Positions 26,978-35,882 of a DNA stretch of 35,882 bases are shown piece after piece. Position 1 is the first letter of the stretch; each line of letters starts with the position of its first letter. Position numbers and translations under genes: made by a program. The notes below the pieces were generated by a model. It was not told where the DNA came from, ran no database searches, and was given only the letters and a program-made list of their open reading frames with translations. The DNA lies in contig PWHA01000123.1 of the NCBI GenBank assembly GCA_003554685.1, positions 1 to 35,882 on the forward strand. The letters run 5' to 3'. This DNA is from Halanaerobiaceae bacterium. GTDB lineage: Bacteria; Bacillota; Halanaerobiia; Halanaerobiales; Halarsenatibacteraceae.

Positions 26978-28193
26978 TCTGCTGAACCCCCCTGTTGGCA
27001 CCGAAGGACTTCTCGGTCTGAATCATACTGGACTGGGAAAAGACATCAATCAGACTTCTGGTGATCAGGAAGGCCGTGAACATGCTGACTAAAATTCCAA
27101 TAATCAGGGTGACGGCAAATCCTCTGACTGCACCTGAAGTAAAGTAGGCCAGAATTGAGGCCGTAATCAAAGTGGTAACATTGGCATCAACAATGGTAAT
27201 ATAGGCTCTCTTAAAGCCGGCGTCAATAGCCGCTCTGATACTTTTCCCGCTGTTGCGCTCGTCCTTGATGCGCTCAAAGATAATAATATTAGCATCGACA
27301 GCCATACCAATGGAGAGAATGATACCGGCAATTCCGGGCAGGGTTAAAACTGCCTGCAGGCCGGCCAGGGTTCCCATCATTACTATACCATAGATAATCA
27401 GACTGGAGGCTGCCAGAATTCCGGGAAATTTATAATAAAAGATCATATAAATTGCTACCAGGGCCAGGCCGATCAGTCCGGCTCTGATGCTCTGCTGGAT
27501 GGCTATTGCCCCCAGGGTGGGTCCCACTGTCCGGCTCTCCATTACTTCTACCGGTACCGGCAGGGCACCTTCCCGGATCAGGATGGCGTCTTCTTCAGCT
27601 TCCCGGACATTGGCATAGCCGGTTATCTGGCCCTGATCCCGGATCACCGACTGGACGGTGGGGTTGGTCAGCTGCTCCTCATCCAGATATACTCCAATCC
27701 GCTGACCCATATACATCCGGGTAATTTCTTCGAATTCTCTTGAACCCTCGCGGTCCAGCTGAAAGGAGACCACCGGGCGGCCGTGTTCATCATAGCTGGC
27801 CCGGGCGTCTGTTATTCTATCTCCGGTTAACAGCACCTCTCCCTCGGGGTTGCGGATGGTAAGCATGGCTGTCCGGCCGATGGTTTGAATTGCTTCCGAA
27901 GGATTATCAACAGCCGGCAGCTCGACAATAATGCGATCCGAACCCTCGGTCTGAATGACCGGTTCTGAAAGGCCCAGCTCATTTACTCTTCTTTCAATAA
28001 CACTGACAATTCCTGTCATGGTTTCGCGATCAATGGTTCGCTCCTCGGTTTCCTGAGCCTGAAGAACAATATGGGCCCCGCCCTCCAGGTCCAGACCGAG
28101 ATTAATGCCGTAAAAAGAATAAAGAAATATTGCCAGGGCTATAACACCGACAATAAAGGCAATTTTCAGCCTCCGTTTTTGTTTATACCTCAT
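26970..28193 (-). CDS. secD: protein translocase subunit SecD
   Basis: GLDLEGGAHIVLQA and GPTLG motifs, with a C-terminal RND-like TM bundle. ATG start preceded by GGAGGA. Confidence 0.96.
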   Translation of the reverse strand: MRYKQKRRLKIAFIVGVIALAIFLYSFYGINLGLDLEGGAHIVLQAQETEERTIDRETMTGIVSVIERRVNELGLSEPVIQTEGSDRIIVELPAVDNPSEAIQTIGRTAMLTIRNPEGEVLLTGDRITDARASYDEHGRPVVSFQLDREGSREFEEITRMYMGQRIGVYLDEEQLTNPTVQSVIRDQGQITGYANVREAEEDAILIREGALPVPVEVMESRTVGPTLGAIAIQQSIRAGLIGLALVAIYMIFYYKFPGILAASSLIIYGIVMMGTLAGLQAVLTLPGIAGIILSIGMAVDANIIIFERIKDERNSGKSIRAAIDAGFKRAYITIVDANVTTLITASILAYFTSGAVRGFAVTLIIGILVSMFTAFLITRSLIDVFSQSSMIQTEKSFGANRGVQQNA

Positions 28194-28244
28194 AAATTCA
28201 TCCTCCTACAAATCAAAAATAAATTTTAGTAAAATAAAAGATAA

Positions 28245-28799
28245 TTATTCCTGATTATCAATATTATATTCCTCGTGCTCCAGAACCCTCATCTGATTCA
28301 GGGGCCAGAAAACCCAGAAAGCTTTACCGTGAATGGAATCCCTGTCAACATAACCAACCAGACCGGGAAATCTGCTGTCGGCACTGTGATTGCGGTTATC
28401 ACCCAGCACAAAATATTCCCCTTCGGGAACCTCGAAGGGTCCTGAATCTCCAATGTCACGCATATCTTCCATGATATAATCTTCTTCCAGAGGTTCACCG
28501 CTAACATAAACCTGTCCATTCCTGATATAAACGGTATCTCCGGGCAGGCCAATTATTCTCTTGATATATCTCTGATCACTGGCCCCCTGGGGAGTAAAGA
28601 CCACTATTTCTCCCCGCTGCGGGTCACGAAAGCGGTAAATCAATTTATTGGCTATCAGTCTTTCTCCATTATCCAGGGTTTGCTGCATGGAGCTGCCTTC
28701 CACCACAAAAGACTGGGCCACAAAGGTGATAATTAAAAAAGCCAGCACACCTGCAATGACCAGCGACTGGATAAATTCCTTGATATCGCCCTTATCCAC
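28245..28799 (-). CDS. lepB: signal peptidase I
   Basis: Catalytic Ser box VEGSSM, Lys box YIKRIIGLPGD, and GDNRNHSADSR. The start is set at the GTG at 28799, 7 nt after GGGAGGT; the upstream 16 codons in the ORF track contain that SD sequence. Confidence 0.92.
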   Translation of the reverse strand: MDKGDIKEFIQSLVIAGVLAFLIITFVAQSFVVEGSSMQQTLDNGERLIANKLIYRFRDPQRGEIVVFTPQGASDQRYIKRIIGLPGDTVYIRNGQVYVSGEPLEEDYIMEDMRDIGDSGPFEVPEGEYFVLGDNRNHSADSRFPGLVGYVDRDSIHGKAFWVFWPLNQMRVLEHEEYNIDNQE

Positions 28800-28996
28800 A
28801 GAGGTTACCTCCCATTCAAAATTGTACCCAATCAAACAATTAAACAACTAAAATTGCCAGGCTTTTTCAAAGCCTGCTGTTATTTTTTATCTGTTTGTCT
28901 GGGTTTAATAATTGAAGAATCCTAAGCTGTAATACAGTCAACAAAATAAAATTAATTAAGCAGATAAATCCAGGTATCTGCTGCTAAATATTAAAG

Positions 28997-29278
28997 TTAT
29001 TCCTCTTCAGCCTCTTCTTTCTGCCTGGACAGCTGGCTGATGGAACTCTTCATAATCTCAATATCAACCTCGGGGGAAATTCTCAGCCTGATGACATTAT
29101 CCTTGATCTTGATTATCTTGCCTCTAATACCACCGGCAGAAATTATTTCATCCCCAACCTCAAGGCTGTCCAGCATTTCCTGATGCTGTTTTTGCTGCTT
29201 TTTTTGCGGCCGGATCAGGAAAAACCAGAAAACACCAAAAATCAAAATCCAGGGTAATAACGAAACTACAACTTCCAT
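28997..29278 (-). CDS. yajC: preprotein translocase subunit YajC
   Basis: A single N-terminal TM helix, then RPQKKQQK...L..GDEIIS.GGI.G.I, the YajC signature. ATG start preceded by AAGGAGGA. Confidence 0.93.
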   Translation of the reverse strand: MEVVVSLLPWILIFGVFWFFLIRPQKKQQKQHQEMLDSLEVGDEIISAGGIRGKIIKIKDNVIRLRISPEVDIEIMKSSISQLSRQKEEAEEE

Positions 29279-29471
29279 TAAAATTCCTCCTTAATTTTTC
29301 AAATTACATCCTGCCCATATTTTTATATTTTGTTTTCCCTTACTATTATAATATCTTATACCATTAATTACAAGAGATTTTACCTGGAGAAAACTATTTT
29401 TTCACACATAGTGGGATTTATGGCGATGTCGGGCCGGGAAATATCAGCAGGTGGCCGGGGCCGGAAGAATA

Positions 29472-30602
<1,131 letters not shown>

Positions 30603-30748
30603 TTATCAGTCCTTTAATCAAAAATTATCAGTCTTAGAGCGAGGATTATCGGTTTTTTCATAAAAAATAAAAAGCAGAAGCGGTCGACAGAGAGATAAGA
30701 AAGCAATAAAGAATATCAGCTGCTAGTAGTGGCAGAACCTTTTTAGGT

Positions 30749-30806
30749 GGAACCCGGTACCGACCATTTACACCCAAGAGGAACGGTACCGACCATTTAC
30801 ACCCAA
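30749..30806. repeat. two tandem copies (29 and 27 nt, 31-nt period) of ggaac(cc)ggtaccgaccatttacacccaa
   Basis: Copy 1 is 30749-30777 and copy 2 is 30780-30806, differing only by a CC indel. A third copy lies at the hisS stop (13553-13580). Confidence 0.85.
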
Positions 30807-30835
30807 ACTACCACCCGCAAATAAACTAGAATAAA

Positions 30836-31903
30836 CTAGATTATCAGCATCGCATCCCCAAAGCTGTAAAACCTGTACTCCCGCTGGATGGCTTCCTGAT
30901 AGGCCTGCATGATATTTTCCCTGCAGGCCAGGGCTGAGACCAGCATTAGGAGGGTCGATTTGGGCAGGTGAAAATTGGTCAGAAGACCATCAATCACCTG
31001 AAAGTCATGGCCGGGATAGATAAATATGTCGGTCCAGCCCTGTCGGTCCTGCCCCTCAAGAATGGAGCTGGCGGCTCCCTCCAGGGTTCGGGTGACGGTG
31101 GTACCAACGGCAATGATCCGGCCGCCGGATTCTCTGGTCCGGCAGATTTCCCGGGCAGTCTCCCGGCTTACTTCAAAATATTCAGCATGCATTTCGTGTT
31201 CCTCCACCTCATCGGTGCGAACCGGCCGGAAGGTTCCGAGCCCGACATGCAGGGTAATATAGCTTATATCTATGCCGCTCTCCTTTAACTCCTCCAGGAG
31301 CTCTTCGGTAAAATGGAGGCCGGCAGTTGGGGCTGCCGCCGAGCCTTCCCGGCGGGCATAAACAGTCTGATAGCGCTCCGGATCTCCGGAATATTCGGTA
31401 ATATAGGGGGGCAGGGGCATTTCTCCCAGAGCCTCCAGTTTCTCCCGGAGCCTGCCGGATGGGTTAAACTCCAGAATCCGGCCACCAAAGTCGGTATAAT
31501 CCAGGCAGCAGGCCGTGATCTCTCCTTTACTCTCCTGCTCCGGATTCTGCTCCGGATCATCCTTTTGATTAGTAAAAACTATTTCGGTTTCCTGCTTCAC
31601 CCGCCGGCCGGGCTTGACAAGAACCTCCCAGCGGTCGGGCTGAAGCTCATTTAACAGCAACACCTCAATTTCCACACCGGAGTTTTTTTTCCTTCCATGA
31701 AGACGAGCCGGAATTACCCGGCTGTCATTTAAAACCAGCCGGTCGCCGGACTTGAGAAAATCCCCTAACTGAAAAAATCTGGCATGCTCCTTTATTCCCC
31801 CGACTTTATTTACAACCATCAGCCGGGATTCATCTCGCCGGGAGGCCGGTTCCTGGGCTATCAGCCTCTCCGGCAGTTCATAATCAAAATCTTTGACCTC
31901 CAT
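30836..31903 (-). CDS. queA: S-adenosylmethionine:tRNA ribosyltransferase-isomerase
   Basis: N-terminal [14 protein letters not shown], central PLPPYI, and C-terminal GTTVTRTLE and [10 protein letters not shown]. Confidence 0.96.
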   Translation of the reverse strand: MEVKDFDYELPERLIAQEPASRRDESRLMVVNKVGGIKEHARFFQLGDFLKSGDRLVLNDSRVIPARLHGRKKNSGVEIEVLLLNELQPDRWEVLVKPGRRVKQETEIVFTNQKDDPEQNPEQESKGEITACCLDYTDFGGRILEFNPSGRLREKLEALGEMPLPPYITEYSGDPERYQTVYARREGSAAAPTAGLHFTEELLEELKESGIDISYITLHVGLGTFRPVRTDEVEEHEMHAEYFEVSRETAREICRTRESGGRIIAVGTTVTRTLEGAASSILEGQDRQGWTDIFIYPGHDFQVIDGLLTNFHLPKSTLLMLVSALACRENIMQAYQEAIQREYRFYSFGDAMLII

Positions 31904-31930
31904 CTAACTAAACCTCCATAGTATTAAACT

Positions 31931-31962
31931 AAATATTAAAGTGAATAAATATTAAAGTGAAT
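31931..31962. repeat. perfect 2 x 16-nt tandem duplication
   Basis: aaatattaaagtgaat occurs at 31931-31946 and 31947-31962, with a partial third copy. Confidence 0.9.
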
Positions 31963-32104
31963 AAATATATCTAAAGCAAATTTCTCAGTTAAATTATCAA
32001 TTATTATATCCATATCTAATAACATCTATTATCCACATTTATAACATCTATATCTTTTATGTCTCCAATCATCTCAGAAACATCCTTATCTAAAACATAT
32101 TAGG

Positions 32105-33139
32105 CTAATCTTCTTCAAAAAAGGCCTGCTGGCGGGAGCGGGGAAGTTCTATCTCCAGATGCTGATAGGCTGCCCGGGTGGCCTTCCGGCCCCGGGGAGT
32201 TCTTTCCAGAAAACCGAGCTGCAGCAGGTAGGGCTCATAAACATCCTCTATGGTTTCACATTCCTCGCTGATGGCTGCTGAAATGGTCTTGAGACCGACC
32301 GGGCCGCCCCCAAATTTCTGGATGATGGTCTTAAGCAGCCGGTGATCTATTTTATCCAGACCCATTTCATCAACCTCCAGGAGTTTCAGGGCCTCCCGAA
32401 CCACCTCAGGGGTGATGGCGCCATCGGCCCGAACCTGGGCAAAATCCCTGATTCTCTTTAAGAGGCGGTTGGCAATCCGGGGTGTTCCCCGGGAACGGCG
32501 GGCAATTTCACCGGCTCCCTCGTGGGAGATATCCACCTCCAGAATCCGGGCTGATCTCCGAACAATCTCGGCCAGCTCCTCTCGGCTGTAGAACTCCAGC
32601 CGGTTAATAACTCCAAATCTATCCCTCAGCGGTGAGGAAAGCTTGCCGGCCCGGGTGGTGGCTCCCACCAGGGTGAAATGAGGTAGATCCAGGCGGACCG
32701 AGCGGGCCGAGGGCCCCTTCCCGATCATGATGTCCAGACCGTAGTCCTCCATTGCCGGATATAAAACCTCCTCCACCACCCGGTTCAGGCGGTGAATTTC
32801 ATCAATAAAAAGAATATCCTGCTCGGAAAGGTTGGTTAAAATTGAAGCCAGATCTCCCGGTCTCTCGATAGCCGGGCCGCTGGAGGTGTGGATGTTGACA
32901 TTCATTTCATTGGCAATAATATTGGCCAGGGTGGTCTTGCCCAGCCCGGGCGGGCCGTAGAGCATAACATGATCCAGAGCATCGCCCCGTTCGCTGGCAG
33001 CCTGAATAAATATATTCAGTTTTTCTTTAACCTTCTCCTGACCTATATAGTACTCCAGTCTGGTAGGACGCAGAGTTTTATCGAGCATGTCATCCTCTTC
33101 TTCCCGGGGAGATACGACTCTTTTTTTATCCTGATCCAT
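32105..33139 (-). CDS. ruvB: Holliday junction branch migration helicase RuvB
   Basis: Walker [10 protein letters not shown], Walker [10 protein letters not shown], and sensor GATTRAG. The start is set at the ATG at 33139, preceded by GGAAGGAG; the ORF-track TTG start lies upstream of that SD sequence. Confidence 0.96.
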   Translation of the reverse strand: MDQDKKRVVSPREEEDDMLDKTLRPTRLEYYIGQEKVKEKLNIFIQAASERGDALDHVMLYGPPGLGKTTLANIIANEMNVNIHTSSGPAIERPGDLASILTNLSEQDILFIDEIHRLNRVVEEVLYPAMEDYGLDIMIGKGPSARSVRLDLPHFTLVGATTRAGKLSSPLRDRFGVINRLEFYSREELAEIVRRSARILEVDISHEGAGEIARRSRGTPRIANRLLKRIRDFAQVRADGAITPEVVREALKLLEVDEMGLDKIDHRLLKTIIQKFGGGPVGLKTISAAISEECETIEDVYEPYLLQLGFLERTPRGRKATRAAYQHLEIELPRSRQQAFFEED

Positions 33140-33306
33140 AAAAAATAACTCCTTCCCCAAAATTTACTCTTTCCTGCAAGGAATAAGGGATAGTGCTGCC
33201 TTAAATTAAATGTTCAATTTTACATGGGTAATTTATTTTTAACCGGAATCTGTTAGCTAATCTGCAAAATAAGTACTCTGATTTGAGAAATAATTATATC
33301 TGGATT

Positions 33307-33894
33307 TTAATCCTGACCCAGGAAAAGCAGTACCTGGCGGATTTTTTCTTCCAGATTATCCTCCGGCTCAATCTCCATTTCTTCCAGGGCAGAATTGACC
33401 TCGCTGTCGCTGTAGCCCAGATTGTTAAGAGCCGAGTAAAGCTCATCATCCCGGGCAAAGCTGGCGGCGGTATCGGAAAAGCTTTCGCCTGCCACCAGGT
33501 CATCAACCCTGCTCTTTAATTCCAGAATCATACGCTGGCCGCTCTTGGGTCCGATACCCTTTACTTCCTTTAAGATATTGAGATTTTCATTAAGTATGGC
33601 CCGGGCAAAACGGTCCGGGGACAGTGTGGATATTATATTTAAAGCCACCCGGGGTCCGATTCCCGATACCGTCAGAAGCTCCTGAAACATCTGCCGGTGG
33701 GACTTGCGGGTGAAACCGAAGAGCTCCAGAGCATCCTCCCGGACATGGGTGTGAATATAAAGTTCACAGTCCCTGCCGGTTTCAACTCCGGCCATGGTGG
33801 TGGGCACTGTTACCTGATATCCCACATCATTAACATCTACAATTACCTGGTCCTCCCTGCGGGAGATTACCTTTCCCCTGACAAAGCCTATCAT
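33307..33894 (-). CDS. ruvA: Holliday junction DNA helicase RuvA
   Basis: MIGFVRGKV N-terminus and HhH motifs (VSGIGPRVAL, VKGIGPKSGQRM). The ATG overlaps the ruvC stop (ATGA). Confidence 0.95.
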   Translation of the reverse strand: MIGFVRGKVISRREDQVIVDVNDVGYQVTVPTTMAGVETGRDCELYIHTHVREDALELFGFTRKSHRQMFQELLTVSGIGPRVALNIISTLSPDRFARAILNENLNILKEVKGIGPKSGQRMILELKSRVDDLVAGESFSDTAASFARDDELYSALNNLGYSDSEVNSALEEMEIEPEDNLEEKIRQVLLFLGQD

Positions 33895-34388
33895 ACCAAT
33901 TCACCCCAGTTCTTTTTAACGGCATAATTGTGACCGTGGCAGATGGCCACCGCTATGGCATCAGCCTCATCATCAGAATCCGGTGCTGCTGGCAGGTTGA
34001 GGAGAGCTTTGACCATTTCCTGAACCTGATGCTTGCTGGCCCGGCCGTAACCCACCACCGCCTGTTTGACCTGAAGGGGGGTATACTCATAGACTTCAAG
34101 CCCCCGGCGGGAGCCGGCCAGAAGGATAACTCCCCGGGCCTGTCCCACGCGGATTGCTGTCTTGACATTTTTATTAAAAAATAGTTCCTCCACTGCCATA
34201 TGCCCGGGTTTTAAACTATTAATGAGTTCTGAAAGTTCCTGAAATAAATCATCCAGCCTGGTGATATCCTCTCTGTCAGAAGAAGTTGTTATTCTGCCGG
34301 AATCTATCAATTCAAAGGAGTTGCCCTGCTTCTCAAGCAGGGAATAACCTGTTGTTGCCAGTCCGGGGTCGATACCTAATATTCTCAC
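33891..34388 (-). CDS. ruvC: crossover junction endodeoxyribonuclease RuvC
   Basis: RILGIDPGLATTGY catalytic N-terminus and a C-terminal DEADAIAVAICH. The start is probably the GTG at 34388 (GAGGTG plus a 5-nt spacer, giving the canonical MRILGIDPG); the GTG at 34397 is the alternative. Confidence 0.93.
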   Translation of the reverse strand: MRILGIDPGLATTGYSLLEKQGNSFELIDSGRITTSSDREDITRLDDLFQELSELINSLKPGHMAVEELFFNKNVKTAIRVGQARGVILLAGSRRGLEVYEYTPLQVKQAVVGYGRASKHQVQEMVKALLNLPAAPDSDDEADAIAVAICHGHNYAVKKNWGELV

Positions 34389-34415
34389 CAAGTTCACCTC
34401 ATCTTAAATAGTAAA

Positions 34416-34437
34416 AGACACTGAGGTATCAGTGTCT
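34416..34437 (-). terminator. hairpin between yebC and ruvC (possible terminator/attenuator)
   Basis: 9-bp stem agacactga/tcagtgtct with loop ggta. The minus strand continues TTTTACTATTT. Confidence 0.4.
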
Positions 34438-34472
34438 CAGGCAAAAAATCAGGCCTCATTGCTTTTGCCGGT

Positions 34473-35228
34473 TTATTCTTCCAGTGCAGCCATGATTTCT
34501 TCAGGAATATCGAAGTTTGCATAGACCTCCTGAATATCATCGTGATCCTCAAGCTCTTCCATCAATCTTAAAATCTCTTTGGCCTGAGAACCATCAAGTT
34601 CAACGGTGTTATTGGGGCTCATGACAATATCAGAATCATCAAATTCATAGCCTGCTTCTTCCAGCCTTTCCTTGACCTGCATGAATTCTTTGTCATCGGT
34701 GAATATCTGGATGAGATCCTCTTCTTCCTGAATATCCTCTGCTCCGGCCTCCAGGGCCTCCAGCATAACCTTATCCAGGTCATATTCTCCGCTGCTGTTA
34801 TCGAGAATCAGCTGGCCCCGGCGCTCAAACATCCAGGCCACACAGCCGGATTCACCCAGATTGCCACCGTGCTCTGATAAAATATGGCGGATTTCTGAAG
34901 CAGTGCGGTTGCGATTATCGGTCGTTATCTCCAGGAAAAGGGCCACTCCTCCCGGCCCGTAACCTTCGTAATTAAAGCTTTCATAATCGACACCCTCAAG
35001 TTCTCCGGTGCCCCGCTTGATTGCCTTCTCAATATTTTCATTGGGCATGTTGTTATTTTTAGCCTTCTCAATGGCCATTCTTAAATCCGGATTGAACTCG
35101 GGATCTCCTCCACCCTCCCGGGCCGCTACAGCTATTCTCCGGCTCAGTTTGGAAAAGAGCTTGGCCCGGCGGCGATCTTCCTTCTGTTTTTTATGCTTGA
35201 TATTGGCCCATTTTGAATGTCCGGCCAT
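34473..35228 (-). CDS. yebC: YebC/PmpR-family DNA-binding transcriptional regulator
   Basis: MAGHSKWANIKHKK signature N-terminus. ~250 aa. Confidence 0.96.
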   Translation of the reverse strand: MAGHSKWANIKHKKQKEDRRRAKLFSKLSRRIAVAAREGGGDPEFNPDLRMAIEKAKNNNMPNENIEKAIKRGTGELEGVDYESFNYEGYGPGGVALFLEITTDNRNRTASEIRHILSEHGGNLGESGCVAWMFERRGQLILDNSSGEYDLDKVMLEALEAGAEDIQEEEDLIQIFTDDKEFMQVKERLEEAGYEFDDSDIVMSPNNTVELDGSQAKEILRLMEELEDHDDIQEVYANFDIPEEIMAALEE

Positions 35229-35337
35229 AATAATCCCCCCTACTGTAAACCCTAAACACTGACTTTTATTTTAACATAATTCCCCTGCTATTGCAAAAGA
35301 AAAAGCCTTCAGCTGCAGAGGCTGAAGGCGGGAAATT

Positions 35338-35559
35338 CTATTCGTTCATTTTCTTTCTTAAGTTCTCTATCAGTTTTTCCAGCCGGGCTCGATTGCCGTT
35401 CTCCCATTCCTCAATAAACTGCTGCAATTTCTCCCGATCTCTTTCGTTTAGTTTGCTGAGCTCCTCTTCATATCTTTCTTCGTCCAGAAAAACCTTGTTG
35501 AGAGATTCCACCGCTTTCTTCATGGGATACTGAATTTTATAATAGACTTTATCAGTCAT
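35338..35559 (-). CDS. small charged coiled-coil protein of unknown function (73 aa)
   Basis: Open frame whose start (ATG at 35559, MTDKVYYKIQ...) overlaps the upstream ORF's stop as ATGACTGA. No family recognised. Confidence 0.55.
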   Translation of the reverse strand: MTDKVYYKIQYPMKKAVESLNKVFLDEERYEEELSKLNERDREKLQQFIEEWENGNRARLEKLIENLRKKMNE

Positions 35560-35851
35560 AACTATCACCTTCCAGCCGGGCGACAATTTTCTTGAGTTCG
35601 GGGATTCCATCACGGTCCATGAATCTCAGGTAACCTTCCAGAGTAATAACCCGGTTATCAAGGATCTTATCGTCAATATCCACTTCGTCCAGATTGAGTC
35701 TTTTAAGTCTTTTGATCACCAGGCTGATATCTTCCATGGCCTCCATGACTAAAGATTTTCCCTCTGGCATAAAGCCCCACCTCATCATTTGAGATTTAAT
35801 AAAATCGGCAGGCTGATCTGTAAGCCGAGTTCTGTGTTGATGGTCATCCAT
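35552..35851 (-). CDS. small protein of unknown function (99 aa, or 72 aa from the ATG at 35770)
   Basis: Open frame. The internal ATG at 35770 is preceded by GAGGTGG at good spacing, whereas the 35851 ATG has a poor SD sequence. No family recognised, and the window ends 31 nt upstream. Confidence 0.5.
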   Translation of the reverse strand: MDDHQHRTRLTDQPADFIKSQMMRWGFMPEGKSLVMEAMEDISLVIKRLKRLNLDEVDIDDKILDNRVITLEGYLRFMDRDGIPELKKIVARLEGDSYD

Positions 35852-35882
35852 CTAGCCTGACAGTTGCCTGCCAGGTCCAGCG

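Noticed and set aside
28792-28800. Perfect DnaA-box 9-mers TTATCCACA at 28792-28800 (inside lepB) and 32029-32037 (ruvB-queA spacer).
   Set aside because: They are isolated single boxes 3 kb apart, not clustered, with no adjacent dnaA/dnaN or AT-rich DUE context. This is compatible with chance.
30741-30777. A preQ1-type riboswitch upstream of tgt (GGGTTCCACCTAAAAAGG on the minus strand).
   Set aside because: There is no consistent P1/P2 pseudoknot pairing, it lies ~150 nt from the tgt start with no expression platform, and the string is part of the dispersed repeat.

Overview
All credible genes are on the minus strand. They form a conserved Firmicutes/Clostridia-type housekeeping block. In minus-strand 5'->3' order (right to left in window coordinates) it runs: two small unknown ORFs, yebC, ruvC, ruvA, ruvB, queA, tgt, yajC, lepB, secD, secF, phasin-like, ubiB, recJ, apt, relA, dtd, MBL hydrolase, SurA_N/TPR protein, hisS, aspS, aldehyde dehydrogenase, a 6S RNA candidate, rarA, yigZ, iscR, iscS, iscU and mnmA. 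It ends at the tandem promoters, leader and first ~30 nt of a 16S rRNA gene at the left edge. I found no defence system, CRISPR array, transposase, integrase, prophage or toxin gene, so by gene content this is an ordinary core region. What stands out is noncoding. (1) An unannotated ~185-nt structured RNA with its own promoter upstream of rarA is best explained as 6S RNA. (2) Junctions that are normally tight (iscR-iscS-iscU-mnmA, hisS-aspS, relA-dtd) are separated by 0.3-1.4 kb AT-rich spacers, and nearly all of these contain degenerate head-to-tail tandem duplications of 15-45 nt. (3) A ~27-29 nt repeat occurs twice downstream of queA, and a 20/20 identical copy overlaps the hisS stop codon. 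(4) The hisS-aspS spacer contains a 219-bp MITE-like unit. (5) MnmA and RecJ carry in-frame low-complexity insertions. Several ORF-track starts use alternative start codons upstream of the Shine-Dalgarno sequence, so I moved them to internal ATG/GTG codons. All RNA folds and family assignments were made by eye from the sequence and translations. No searches were run.
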